Program-made: the position numbers and the translations under genes
Assembly (NCBI GenBank): GCA_964016885.1
Contig: OZ024740.1
Coordinates: 169,694,001-169,758,000 of the forward strand
Source: Eledone cirrhosa
Taxonomy: Eukaryota
Direction: 5' to 3'
DNA: 64,000 bases
Shown here: in pieces, positions 46,558 through 59,700 of the stretch
Layout: each line of letters begins with the position of its first letter
How positions within the stretch are numbered: the first letter of the stretch is position 1
The notes under the pieces: model-generated
Database searches by the model: none
What the model saw: only the letters and a program-made list of their open reading frames with translations
Told to the model about the DNA's origin: nothing

Positions 46558-48227
46558 ATACTTTGGGAGGGTGATGTTGCCAATAAGAAACACACGCACC
46601 AGTAGCTTTCACTTCAATTTATTATAATACATTTATAAATTTAGGAATTTATAAATTTCCGGTTGGTTGGTTGGTTCCATAACCAGATCATTGTTCATAT
46701 ATTGTCAAAGTTCTTTCGTCACACATTCTGTGACCTCTTCAGTGACTGGGGATTCTTTTCTTTGTTTTTGTGCCTCTCCTTTGTTCTGTCCTACGCCATC
46801 TTGTTTTTGTGCGTGTTGCGTGCTTAGTTTGCGCATGTATTACATCCGGGTGTTTGTGTGTTTTTATATTTGTTTATTTATTTGTTTATTTAAATGTTAC
46901 TGGTTGCTTGTTTGTTCTATGTATGTGTTTTCATTTTGTCCTTAATTGTAAGTTGTGATGTTGCTGTTCCATTCATGTTTTCTATTTAATTTTGGTTGGA
47001 GTTCATTTATGTTTATTGCCTCTGTGATTTGTCTAAACATTGCGTCTTTTCTGTGTGTAGATTCTATTTTAATTTCTATGTTCTCTAATTTACCCTTATG
47101 TTCTATTGTAGCATGTTGGTAGAGTACAGATGATTCTTTACTATCTTGAAGCTTTCGCCAGTGTTCATTTATCCGTTCCCCTATACTACGAGCTGTCTCA
47201 CCTATGTACACTATATTCTTATCTCTACATTGTCCTTCAGTACATCTTATGGTATATACTACATTTCTAGTTTTACAGTTAATATGGGGGCTTAATTTAC
47301 AGATTATACATTTCTTATCTATACAGGGAGGTCTTTAAAAAGTGTATGTATTGCTAATAAGTGTTTTTATGGAGGTACCTGGTCTTTCTACTATCTTAAT
47401 ATTGAGTTTATGTTCATCTAGGGCCCTTCTAAATTTATAAGCTAATTCATCTCTAGGGGTTGTATCGATGAACATTACACTCTGGTATTTATGCTATCAT
47501 ACCATGAGTTTATTCTATTAACCTTATTCCTAGTCCTTTCTATTTTATTCCAAAATTTGCTCCTATACAAGGGGCAGGTCCCATTTGTGTAATTATTTCC
47601 CATTTTTTCCCATTTGGTTCTGGCTCCTCTATATACTCTGATTTTATCCCTCTGATTGTAACCAGAGAACTGCATACGGTGGATGAAGTGTTGTATGTGT
47701 CACTCTAGTTCTTTGGGGTTGCACATGCGGGATACGTTTCTCATCACCCGTACCAAATCCGCAATCAGATTGCTAATTTGGTACGGGTGATGAGAAATCT
47801 CTATGGTATGATAGCAATAAATACCAGAGTGTAATGTTCATCGATACAATCCCTAGAGGTGAATTAGCTTACAAATTTAGAAGGGCCCTAGATAAACATA
47901 AACTCAATATTAAGATAGTAGAAAGACCAGGTACCTCCATAAAAACACCTCTACTATGCACACAACTCACACAAAAACAAGATGGCGTAGGACAGAACAA
48001 AGGAGAGGCACAAAAACAAAGAAAAGAATCCCCAGTCACTGAAGAGGTCACAGAATGTGTGACGAAAGAACTTTGACAATATATGAACAATCATCTGGTT
48101 GTGGAACCAACCAACCAACCGGAAATTTATAAATTCCTAAATTTATAAATTTATTATAATAAATTGAAGTGAAAGCAACTGGTGCGTGTGTTTCTTATTG
48201 GCAACATCACCCTCCCAAAGTATAACG

Positions 48228-48228
<1 letters not shown>
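46550..48228 (-). mobile_element. 5'-truncated Penelope-like element (RT C-terminus + GIY-YIG + pLTR) with an inverted 5' arm
   Basis: Minus-strand peptides LIADLVRVMRNVSRMC...HFIHRMQFSGY, CPLYRSKFWN, MFIDT...IKIVERPGTSIK and VYIGETARSIGERINEHW...FRQITEAININ..P.LNRKHEW. 47805-48228 is an inverted patchwork copy. Confidence 0.88.
48035..48077 (+). ncRNA. Type I hammerhead in PLE pLTR (mirror copy on - strand at 46704-46746)
   Basis: gtca CTGAAGA g gtcaca gaatg tgtgac GAAA gaac TT tgac. A decayed relative lies at about 13873-13918. Confidence 0.75.
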
Positions 48229-48311
<83 letters not shown>

Positions 48312-48384
48312 CGAGGCTTTTTATATGAAATCGTGTGTCGAAACATATATTGTTATACTTGGGGAGGCTTATATTGTTGTATTA

Positions 48385-48512
48385 ATTGTTTCTACTTTTG
48401 GCACAAGGCCAGCAGTTATACCAATACATTACTGGTACTTTATTTTATCGACCCCGTAAGGATGAAAGGCAAAGTTAACCTCGGCGGAATTTGAACTCAG
48501 ATCGTAAAGGCC
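48385..48512 (-). mobile_element. MetaSINE-like SINE (5'-truncated)
   Basis: ttgtttctacttttggcacaaggccagc...tcgaccccgtaaggatgaaaggcaaagttaacctcggcgg. Confidence 0.75.
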
Positions 48513-48514
48513 CG

Positions 48515-49341
48515 TTATAATAATATTGCCAGAATTAATAACAGAACACACTCACTGTTTGGTTGGTTTTCGCTTCTGTTTCTTTTATATCAGTTAATTT
48601 ATTCGGTCCTCAATGTTTACCATTGACTGGCCAACGGTAAAAATACAGGTATAATATAGACACAAACACATATATATAGTCTAACAAAGTTCTTTCGTTG
48701 CACATCTGCAACATCGTCAGTGATGCTATTATGTTCCTCCTGTTGTATTGTATATTTCCGCCATTTTTATTTAATCTGCTTATTTATTTATTTATTTATT
48801 TATTTTTGTCTTCTTCACTGCGCATGCGTTTGCGTGAGTGTATAGTGTTTGGTGTGTGTTCGCGTTTGGATGACTGTGTTTTGGTTATTGTATTCTATCT
48901 TGGTTTACTAGTGTATGTTTATATGTTTGTTGTTATTGTGCTTGTGTATATATTTATCTATTTATTTATATTTCTCTTAGGTCAGTATTGTTTGTGTGGG
49001 TGTTGTTGTTATTTCATTAATCTTTTTCTGTTTAGCTTTGGCCTTCTAGATTCTATTTCACTGGCCTCTCGATTTGTCTATCTGCTGGGTCATTTCTATG
49101 TTTAGATATTATTTTAATTTCTATGTTGTCTATGTTACCGTCATTTTGTTGTCTAGCGTGTTCGTATAGTACTGAACCGTTTTTTCGTCCTTTTAGTTCC
49201 CTCCAGTGTTGGTCTATCTTTTCACCTATGCTACGAGCTGTCTCACCTGTGTGTGTTGTTGTCATGTTTCTGCAAGTACTCTCTGTACATCTTATGCTAT
49301 GCTGGCAATATTATTACAACAATATGACCCTCCCCAAGTAT

Positions 49342-49348
<7 letters not shown>
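48515..49348 (-). mobile_element. Truncated Penelope-like element (GIY-YIG remnant + pLTR with hammerhead core at 48681-48728)
   Basis: ORF 49053-49265 reads HTGETARSIGEKIDQHWRELKGRKNGSVLYEHA. The minus strand has CTGACGA t gttgca gatg tgcaac GAAA gaac TT. A short inverted terminus lies at about 49300-49348. Confidence 0.78.
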
Positions 49349-49384
<36 letters not shown>

Positions 49385-49676
49385 CATGCAGACATACAAT
49401 TGAACATAAATTAATACACATTGTCAAAAGATGTGCAAAGATAAGGCACACATGTATACATATGTTTCAACATACACGCTTTTATACTTCTCATCAATAA
49501 CATACGTACATTCTAATATAGAAGATGCATGAAAACAGACATAAATTCCCGACATAAATTGCAGACTCCAATTCCACACACACAGATACACACAAACTCA
49601 TTCACAAAAACACATATGCACAAACATATATGCATTCATAAAAGACATACAGTGAAAAGTGACTTTTTAGACTTAC

Positions 49677-49823
49677 CATAGAAGTGTATAGAAGCAGCAG
49701 GACTTGTTTTGTTATCCTGTGTTAGAATATTACGTGTCACGCATCGATACTCCAGAGATCCATCAGAATCTTGTACATTGCGAATATGTAGTTCTCCATT
49801 GTTCATTATAGATACACTGTCGC
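49677..49823 (-). CDS. Dscam: Dscam exon, Ig2 C-terminal half (not in the ORF track)
   Basis: Acceptor cctctacctttgcag, donor gtaagt, 147 nt, phase 1/1. Translates SDSVSIMNNGELHIRNVQDSDGSLEYRCVTRNILTQDNKTSPAASIHFY; the GELHIR.V...DG...Y.C motif is typical of Dscam Ig2. Confidence 0.92.
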
Positions 49824-49999
49824 CTGCAAAGGTAGAGGTTTATAATGACATTTTCAGAAACAAACGAACGTATACAAAGGAACTCTCCTTGTATATATAT
49901 ATATATATATATGCAAAAGTTTTATTTAAGATTGTTGGGTTACAACGAGTAAATATTTTATAACTGATATAAAAGCACTCAACAGTTTCTGGAGTAGGT

Positions 50000-51930
50000 T
50001 TACGATATTAAACAAATGGAAACTATATTTATAAAACCATATTTATTTCGTTATATATATTTCTGGGATATCATATTAAAAATATGTTATGCCTTCCTCA
50101 GACAAAATACAATACATAAGCTGTTTTATAAATAATTAGTGACATACCTTGTAATAATGCAACTTCCTTTTAAAAAGTTGATTTGGTAGTGAAACTGTTA
50201 TGATAGTTATATAGAAAGAAAACGAAGATGAGAAGAAGAAGATGAAGAGATGTATGTAAATAAAAAAGAAGAAGATGAAGAGATGTATGTAAAGAGAAAA
50301 GAGATGTATGTAAAGAAAAACAACGGAGCGAGATAGAGAGACAAGGATAGAGAGAAATACATTGATGGTGAAAAAAAAGCATGATAAAGTTGGATATTCG
50401 ATGGTTTGGAATATAGTCTCAAAAGGGATTCCTTTTAATTCCTCTTCTGAGACTTGTGACCTCTGCGCGGAGGAGATATTCTTTATATTAAAATCTAAAA
50501 ATTCCCTTAATTTACGAACCAATTTATTCAGCTGTTGCAGGCATAGATTGAACTCAACATTTAAATATAAATATAAATTTAAAATGTAGTATAAAATGTA
50601 GTATATTTACTTAAGGTATTTGACTATTTGTGATACTTGGCGATAAATCTTTCGATTCCTTCAATTTTTTAAAAACCTTTCCGCATGAATATATAATTAA
50701 TGAGATTAAATAAACTACCCTAAAATTGGCGTTGTTCCCAATCTTTTGAATAAATTTTTAAGCTGGATAAACTTCTATAATAAATATAAGAGCATTTGTA
50801 GAATAAGTTTTGAATGATTTCTGCTAAATAAGGCTTGGTGAGCAATTTTGGTCTTGTTTGCTTTTGACTCTGATTCTATGACTGATATGCGTGGCATACT
50901 ATGTTCTCTTGCGTCCCTAGATACTCTGTGGAGTGACGAAGATATTCTTGGCGTTTTTAATTTTAATATTGATATCTGTTGTCTACTCTATGCTTGATCG
51001 ATGATTATTTTAGATGTTAATGTATATCTTATATGTTTTGTGTCTATATATATGTATATATGTATGTAAATGTATGTAGGGTGGAATCTTTTCTAACGCA
51101 TTGAAGTTTTTCTTTTCTGACACATTAAAGTTTTTCATAAAATATAAGAATCAGTGCAGCGTATCACCTAGGTTCACATGTGCGTCTATATTTATCAACT
51201 TGAATTTGAGATAACCTTCTCTCTTCTCATTTTTCACGAGAATGCATATATACTTATGTTTGAAGTTTTGTCTCAGATTTTGCTTATAGACCTAAGAATT
51301 TTTAAACTGAGCATGTGGTCATTTTTTTACACATTATAGATATGTGTCTCATTCATGAATACTGATATTTACATTATAATGCCTAATTCATAAAAATTGA
51401 TAATTCAAATGGATGAGACATAATATATTTTTAATATATTTTAAACATATCATCTTTCTTTCTTTTTCTCCTATACACTAATCTAACTGTATCCCTTCCC
51501 TTAACCTCTCACATATACGATGATCATCTGTCAAAAAGCAGCCTACTATGTTTTTTTTTTCACCATCAATGTATTTCTCTCTATCCTTGTCTCTCTATCT
51601 CGCTCCGTTGTTTTTCTTTACATACATCTCTTTTCTCTTTACATACATCTCTTCATCTTCTTCTTTTTTATTTACATACATCTCTTCATCTTCTTCTTCT
51701 CATCTTCGTTTTCTTTCTATATAACTATCATAACAGTTTCACTACCAAATCAACTTTTTAAAAGGAAGTTGCATTATTACAAGGTATGTCACTAATTATT
51801 TATAAAACAGCTTATGTATTGTATTTTGTCTGAGGAAGGCATAACATATTTTTAATATGATATCCCAGAAATATATATAACGAAATAAATATGGTTTTAT
51901 AAATATAGTTTCCATTTGTTTAATATCGTA
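50000..51930 (+). mobile_element. 5'-truncated Penelope-like element with a 5' inverted pLTR
   Basis: About 50001-50378 is the reverse complement of about 51551-51929. ORF 50362-50589 reads YSMVWNIVSKG.......CDLCAEEIFFIL....LNLRTNLFSCCRH, the same C-terminal motif as 32660-33160. Confidence 0.85.
51822..51887 (+). ncRNA. Type I hammerhead in pLTR (mirror copy on - strand at 50044-50109)
   Basis: tattttgt CTGAGGA aggcataacatatt ttt aatatgatatccca GAAA tatata TA acgaaata. Confidence 0.72.
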
Positions 51931-52003
51931 TATATATATATATTTATATATATGTGTGTGTGTATATATGTTTCTGTGTGCATTTATGTGTGTTTCTGTG
52001 TTT

Positions 52004-52109
<106 letters not shown>

Positions 52110-53586
52110 CACTCTTACCATCTAAATATATATATATATACTATTTCGTATCTGTGAGAACTCAATATCAAATGAATAAAATATAAAACTATTTTCCTCA
52201 AATTTTACTGTTTCACTTGCGCCTTATTTATATAGACTATATTATATTTTATCTTTAAATCTTTACAAGCATGATTTGTCTTAAATTATTCTAGAGTTTG
52301 TAAAATGAGTACCAGTGCATCCACTCTACTTATTGCCTACATTGTTGTTAAGTCATAACTACAAATAACGTGAGTAAAGTTATTTGTGAATAATTAATCA
52401 ATTTTTGTTTGACTTTCCTATTTCTATATTAACTGATATTTCGAAACTTTAATAAAATATTCTTCGTAGATAAAGGTATATTACTTCTGATTCACAGCTA
52501 CCTATATGTAAAATATGTAAAGACTGCGCATATGTTGTTATGTATTTATGTGTGCAAAGGGAATATCAAAATTGTGTCTATATTTCTTCAAATATGACAT
52601 GGAATTTTATAATTTTGTTATACAAGTATAAGTTTATCTTCGATTTTCTAATATATGTCGTTTTGTGTATAAATATTTATTTACTACAATACTAATAAAT
52701 ACACTTTATGCAAACTACTACTCTAGTAATTCAATTGACTATTAGTTTGTGTTTGACAAAAATAGTGGTTTGCAATGGGTTCTAGCCGTAGGTGAAAATA
52801 TAAGGAAAGGTTTCTTCTGATGAACATCTGGCTTTGATGTATTTAATGGCAATCCTTATGATTTCTGAATAACACAATGTGTTTACATTTGTTCCCATTT
52901 TAAGATGAGGCTTACAATTTTATAATTGTAGTTGTGGCTATATAAATTTATATTCTATTTGTTCATAATTGAAATATTGTTGTTCGTTTTCTAACCAAAT
53001 CTACATTTGCGCCATTTGCACATGTTTTCAAATCTCCACCACAGTTTATTGTTTACTATGCCTCTGTTGTTGCTCGCCATTTACTCAGCTCGTATTGAGC
53101 AAACGCATAGCTAAAGTTATTCCATCTGTTTTGTATATGTAAGACATTTTACTTTATCTAATGTCGCTTCCCTTTTTCTGAAGACAATTGGATGTAATTT
53201 GAGAGCATTGGACTACAGTTGCGTTTCATTTTAGTACCCAGATCAGATTTGCTTTGCCATATCTATAGTGAAATATTTCCAGTTATGGCTATTCTAAATT
53301 GTATTTAGAAAAATTCTTGGATAACTGCATTTTATAATCTGACCTCTGGTATTTAAGTTGACAGCGTGTAGTTTCAACGGAATGCGACAGCTATGTCTCT
53401 CAAAATTAGCAACCACATAGCTCCATTATATGTTATTCCTAACAATTTGATCGATCAGCAAGGGACCTTCATGCTTAGACTATTGAATTGATACGCAAAT
53501 AAAGTATTCATATTCTATTTGTGTTATTTCACTTACTAATGATGGCGTTAGTCAAATAGGATTAACTGTGCATAGTATATACTTAC

Positions 53587-53745
53587 TGTTCGTAATAGGC
53601 TTTGAATCCTGAGTCCATTTTGTAACCTTAATGTATTCATTCACAAAGCGAGGGTTAATGAGACATTTTAAAATAGCTGTACCACTGCTGATCACCCAGA
53701 CGTCGTTTAACTGGACATTGTAGGCTTTGTACCGGTCAACAACCA
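53587..53745 (-). CDS. Dscam: Dscam-family receptor exon, Ig2 N-terminal half
   Basis: Acceptor tttctctttctgcag, donor gtaagt, 159 nt, phase 1/1. Translates VVDRYKAYNVQLNDVWVISSGTAILKCLINPRFVNEYIKVTKWTQDSKPITN, which resembles the Dscam Ig2 start (VV..Y...V....VI.G..A..KC.IP.FV..Y..V..W). Confidence 0.9.
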
Positions 53746-56700
53746 CTGCAGAAAGAGAAAGAATGTAAAACTAAAAATATAATTACACTTATGTTTGTAT
53801 TTCATACATGTTATAAAATCTTAATAGTTTGGAAGAGGTTGGCAGAATACTTTGATAAAAGGTTTGGAACATGAACAGTCAAAAATGAAATAATATGTAT
53901 AAAATACAATACTCGCAATTTTAACATCCTTATTAAACTATAAAATAGTTTAAAATATCACAGGATATAATCCATCAGAAGCTATGTTATCAGCGTATTT
54001 TTCAATGACCAGACTCACTCTCCACTGCATGACTGCACTCAAAGTTTAACAAAAGTAGGCAGTAGGGGGTAGTCATGATGAAATTGACTGATCAGCAATT
54101 TTTCCTACAAGCAACAACAACTGTTCAACAATCCTCCGACAATGAACAAAGTGCATGTAGCACACAATTGTCGTTCTACGTCCACGTTATCTCTTTAACG
54201 TGGTATCAAATAAAAATACATTGCTACTTATTATATGAGACTAAAAACTGACACTGTAATGTCAATTAGAGTTGAAGATATAAGCTGCTGTGACATTCAT
54301 ACATTTTCTCAAGAGCATTAGTGATATAACAGAAATTCTTCGCAAATAATAATTTAGAATACAAAGTCAATTTTGACAGGATTTGAATAGAAAGTAAAAA
54401 GTACATCACTGTCTATATTACTACAAAATGCAGAAACACAATGTTCTTGATTGTGGTGATGGTGGCATTGTTGGTTGTGAAAGGTTGTTGGTGAAGACAT
54501 GAGTAGCAATAATCAACTTTAACTTGCTATTCAACTGAAGTACATATATAACATGTACACATATCTATTAAAGCTAATATTTGAAAGGATATGTGTCGGT
54601 GTGTTGTTTATACTCTGTGTCTGTATACGTATGTAAGGATTGAAGTGTATGCTAGAGCTTACGTGTATGCTTTATTGCTGGTATATCTCAACACGCGTAT
54701 GTATCAGTGCTAGTATTTGCATATATGAATGATTTTGTGCCCGCATTTTGTAAATACGAAAGAATGTTTGCTTCTTTTCTATTTTTAATTTTACACAAAA
54801 CATTTAAAAAACGTTTACATAAAATTTGAAGTGGTATAAATTGATAGAAATTGTGGATACGGAAATGAAGACATGGGGCGAAGGTCTACGACTCAAGTTT
54901 TCATAAATAGTAAGAGACTCATAGTGTTACTATACCGATTACCAGAACTGTGACCATCATAATATCAAAATATGACCATTATGATCAAAATATTAACGTC
55001 ATCACTATTGCCATCACCAGCGATAGAGCATTTAACCAGTCAGTAGATCAGATAGAAATTACAGAAAAGTCTCCCTCTAATGACACTCTACAGCCTTTCA
55101 AGAAGGGATACTATAGATAAAGTAGTTTTATATAACATTAAAAAGAGAGATTGATCATGGTTTAAATGCATATGTTCATATGTTTGTCCAATCAGGGATT
55201 AACTTGAACCAAACAACAACAAAAACAACTAATGAACACGCAAGAAACATACAGCAAGACCATCATATTTCTATAACGACCCTACCTTTCTGTAGTCTAC
55301 CATACGAAAGGACTAGATCCTGAAGAGAAAGCAATCTAAACAGTTTGTAATAAAATACAGGAACAAATTGCAGAATACTATTCAGTTGAAACCTGAGAAT
55401 ACTGAAACAACGATTTTGCTGAACTTAATGTATGTCTTCATAGGTTCGATACTGATGATGTTTAGCCCTAGGTCAGCCCTGTTCAAGCAAAGCTATGTTT
55501 AAAAATGTTTCAACCATGACGTCACATCTATTGTGTTTATTCAGACAGTGTGTATATTGTAAGACATTAGTCAATAAATCCTTCTATTTCATGCTTTTTT
55601 TTAAAGGTAAAGTTTAATTTAATAAAGATTTGGCTGTTAATTTTATCTAGTCGACCGCCCATGCTTTTCGTATTCATTCTATTGAAGTACTGGAGGTGAA
55701 ATGGCTGGTTGGACAAGACATTATATTATCACCTCCATACATTTGGGTTCAAAGTCCTTACATGTGTTACATTGTCCTTTTGGTTAGTCTACTTAATCCT
55801 ACGTACTTTAACTCTTATAGCACATAACAATATATTAACCGATGCTCTTACCTCAACCACCTTGTGGTGAGCAAACGTTGCTCATATCTTAATTTTATGA
55901 ATTGGAATCCAATGGTCGGCTACCATGCAGCGAATCACATTCAAAATACTACATTTTTATCGAGTCTTATAGAGAAAAACTATTTAATCGTACAATATCA
56001 ATATTACTATAAAAAATAGAAGACATATGCTGAGAGGTGAACTCGAACGTTTCAAGTGAATTATACAGATTCTTAACTTACTATGGTATTTCTTAAAAAA
56101 TCTAGAACATGTATATTGAATTATTTGCATGTGGACATATTCATGTTGTTATGGTACATTCATATTCAAGGTTTTTATTTGATTTCATTTCATTCTCTGT
56201 GTATATGTTCTTGTGGATGTGCCTGTTTTGTTTTCAAATATGGTGACGTATAGATTTGTTTAATATCGAAATAATTGCTTATATTTTGAATTAAAATATA
56301 GCGAGACAACATTCTTAATTCCACTTTCACATGATAGTTGCATTGAAGAAAAATATATAATACGTATTTCTAAACACAAGCACATATATAGGCACGAACA
56401 CATCTGCACTATGAGAAATCCTACACAGGCATACGAAAACATTAAATTACCTCCATATAATAGATGTAAATGCACTCAAATACAGACACACGCTATAATG
56501 TTATTAGTTGGGACTGTTCCAAGGAAACGAATTATGTGTTGCCTTCAGTAGCTCAGCGTGATCTAATTAGCATAGTTACTAACTACTTAAAACAGAAAGG
56601 TAGAAATCCGTTTTACATCAATGTACATGACATAGCCTCAACGTAGCTAGTTATGTTGCTAGAGGGAATTGTTTTCATCTTCACAATGAATACTACTCTC

Positions 56701-59700
56701 TCTAAATTTACAAACGTTTTAATAATGCGAATGGGTTTTGATGTTGTTTAGTCCCAGAACAGTTCGGTTTGTGTGATCTTATGATCAAGAGCGTTCCAGA
56801 CGTAGGTATTCCGTCTTCTCCAGGATAGTCTACAGTGGTGTTCCTTATTATGGAATAAGCTTCTTTGTAAGACAATAATGTACGATTTGAGGAAAATTTG
56901 GTTGATAACTTTTGCAGGTTGACTGGCCCCGTTATGGCCATAACAAAAGAATAAACAAATCACTTGATTTCAGTTGGTACTGGAACACATTTCATTTACT
57001 TTATTTCCTTAGTGCTATTTGAAACTGTATTAACAACACATTATCTAGTCGGTCACTTTTTATTTGTGGCTGGGGTTTAAATAAAACATCAATACTAATA
57101 TAAATTGTTACATTTTTCAATAGAGGGGATGAAAATGTAGAACACTACGTGTTTTACTAGAGTCTATTGAAGAGCTGACTGATTATCGTTCCTGTCATCT
57201 ATCAAGCATTCGTCTCATAACCCACAACATATATTTATCGGACACTCTCGCCTTACCTACAGTAATTGCCATCTACCGAGCATTTGATACATTACCAACT
57301 AATATTGCTAACTATCAAACAGTCAGTTACGTACCCTTTAAATTACTAACCTTTATAATTATTAACAGAAACATCACCCGCCAGGTTGTTTTCTGCTAGT
57401 ATATATAATGTGGGTGTGTGTATGTCATGTGCGTGTATTGTGCAATGGATATATCAACGTATACAAATATAAGAAAAGGAAAAGATACATGATTGACCTG
57501 CGAATTATACGAACTCACAACGTTATATATAATTTTGCGAAACACTAAAGAGTTCTTAAATTGATGTTTGAAGTGATAAACAAAGACATCATTGAAACAA
57601 TCCAGCCAAGCGCCTTTAATGAAATTCGAACCGTTTTGGATAATACAATTTCTTATTAGTTCTCGGACACTTCGTACCATCAAATTTAGGAAGTCGCTAT
57701 TTAGCGAATCGCTTGTTTAAAAAAAGGTAGAAAATATTTCCCTGACATGTTAAAGATAGTAACCTGCAGCGGCATTGATATTACAGGTTATTTAATTTGT
57801 TAACTACTTACGATACATATAATCACCCTTATTTTTGACAGTACAAAACATCATACACATTATCATGCTGGTATAAATTTTAAAATATACATTTTGTTTT
57901 AAATTTTGATTCACGATCTATGTGGTCGGGATTTGTTAGTCATTTAAAACAATCTCAGTTATAAACATTATTTATTATGTAGTTAATATAATGGTTTTCC
58001 TCCACTCGTATGTTTCTCATTTGCAGTGAATTTATTTAGATAAAGACAATGCTTAAGATACATTAAAGTGAATTATTAGTTTTAGAATAAATTAGCAGAT
58101 AATTAGTAATACATTGGAAGTCCCATGTGTACATTTCAAGAAACATAATATGAATTCATCATGATATAATAGGTTACAATTTGTCAGCCTTATCATTGAG
58201 CAAGCAATCTGCTGTAGCCAGAAAGAAATCACCCACGTTGCTCACCTACTACTTATAGCAACCAAATCTTCCTCAAATTTCACCCTGTAATCAAGATGAA
58301 CATAGCTAGAATGCTTTTGAGTGAACGTCAGTCTGCTCAGCTATGAGTGATATAGTATTAACCAAAACCAATAAAAACACCCATAGATTTACTGCTTTAT
58401 TAGTTTTATAAACAGCTTGCATTGTGCAAGAAACAACACATCGAATGAAATGGACTTTGCCAATTTTAGAATGTAGTGTGGGAATCCGATTGGCGGAAAC
58501 ATGGGAATGTTGGGCCAATATGTTAATTTCGATTCGTGATTGAAGACCATTTAGTTAACATATCTTAAATGCCACAGCCAGAGAAGAATAGCCATTGCCC
58601 GTGATACCTTTTCAGGGCCTCCAAGACTGGTTTGAAAAATAGTGGCAGCTGACCTCAGATAACCCCCTAATCTAAATGCTTGCAACAATGTAGAATCTAT
58701 TAAAGCCACCCACGGACTAGCGGTGCTAGTATATCGGGTTCAATATTGGTTAAGTCTACTATCCACTAACACCGGTGTCCATTAAATATACTATGAACAG
58801 GATACAAATATGGGGTTTTATACTTTCATAAGTGGACCAAGTTGAGGTTGTAGAACAGCAACTGGCGTAGAGCGAGAAATATTCTAGTAGGGTTACACAG
58901 ATTATTAGCTATTTGTAACATTCAAACAATAAGCTCGCGAAATATTTTAACTAGGCACAATGGCAATTTCGCAATGCTATGGGATAGCTAATTGATTTAA
59001 CGGATAAAAATATACTAGGTAGATTCATTATACTGCATCAATTACACGTGTAAAAGGCAAAGGCTATTCAAGCAGGATTTAAGTTGAGAACGTATGGCAA
59101 CGTAACTAAATAATTCTAGATTATCTACTCATATTCTACTACACATTTTACTAACACACCGCTTGATACAAATTAATGAAATGTCATTACATTGCCTGTG
59201 TATTACATATGTTTAGTGTACTTGATGAACAAAGCACATACAACTGTCTGATACATATTTCATCAACACAAGTGACCCATGGGAGAACTTAGTCTCAGAA
59301 AATGTAAGGACAAAACACAATACTATAAGCAACTATAGTCTAGTTAATTAAAGTTTCCCCGGCTCACTCCCCCATAATGAGCAATTTTGATTTTGTTGTC
59401 CGCTCTCTTTAAACAGACCAATCATCAAGATATCCCAGACATGATCACCCAAACGTTTAGTCAGATATTCTGTATCTAGTTATACTCTGGTTATATTTTG
59501 ACCTTAATGCTATCCTGTATATCGATCACCGAAACCAAGACAAACAAATTATAAAACACTAAATTATATTGTGTCCTGGGAATATATGTTGTTCATAAAT
59601 AAGGGGCTACAAATGTAATTGGAAACCTCTATCTTTAATCTGTATCAGCTGAAATAAGGGTATAAAAACATACTACAGAAAATCGTTTAATCAGCTACAA

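Noticed and set aside
52812-52845. CTGATGA followed by the hairpin acatc/gatgt
   Set aside because: No GAAA or stem I/III follows, so it is not a hammerhead.
56708-56963. Short ORFs with YVWNALDHK, possibly a Tc1 remnant
   Set aside because: Too degenerate, with no SPDL motif or TIR, to support a call.
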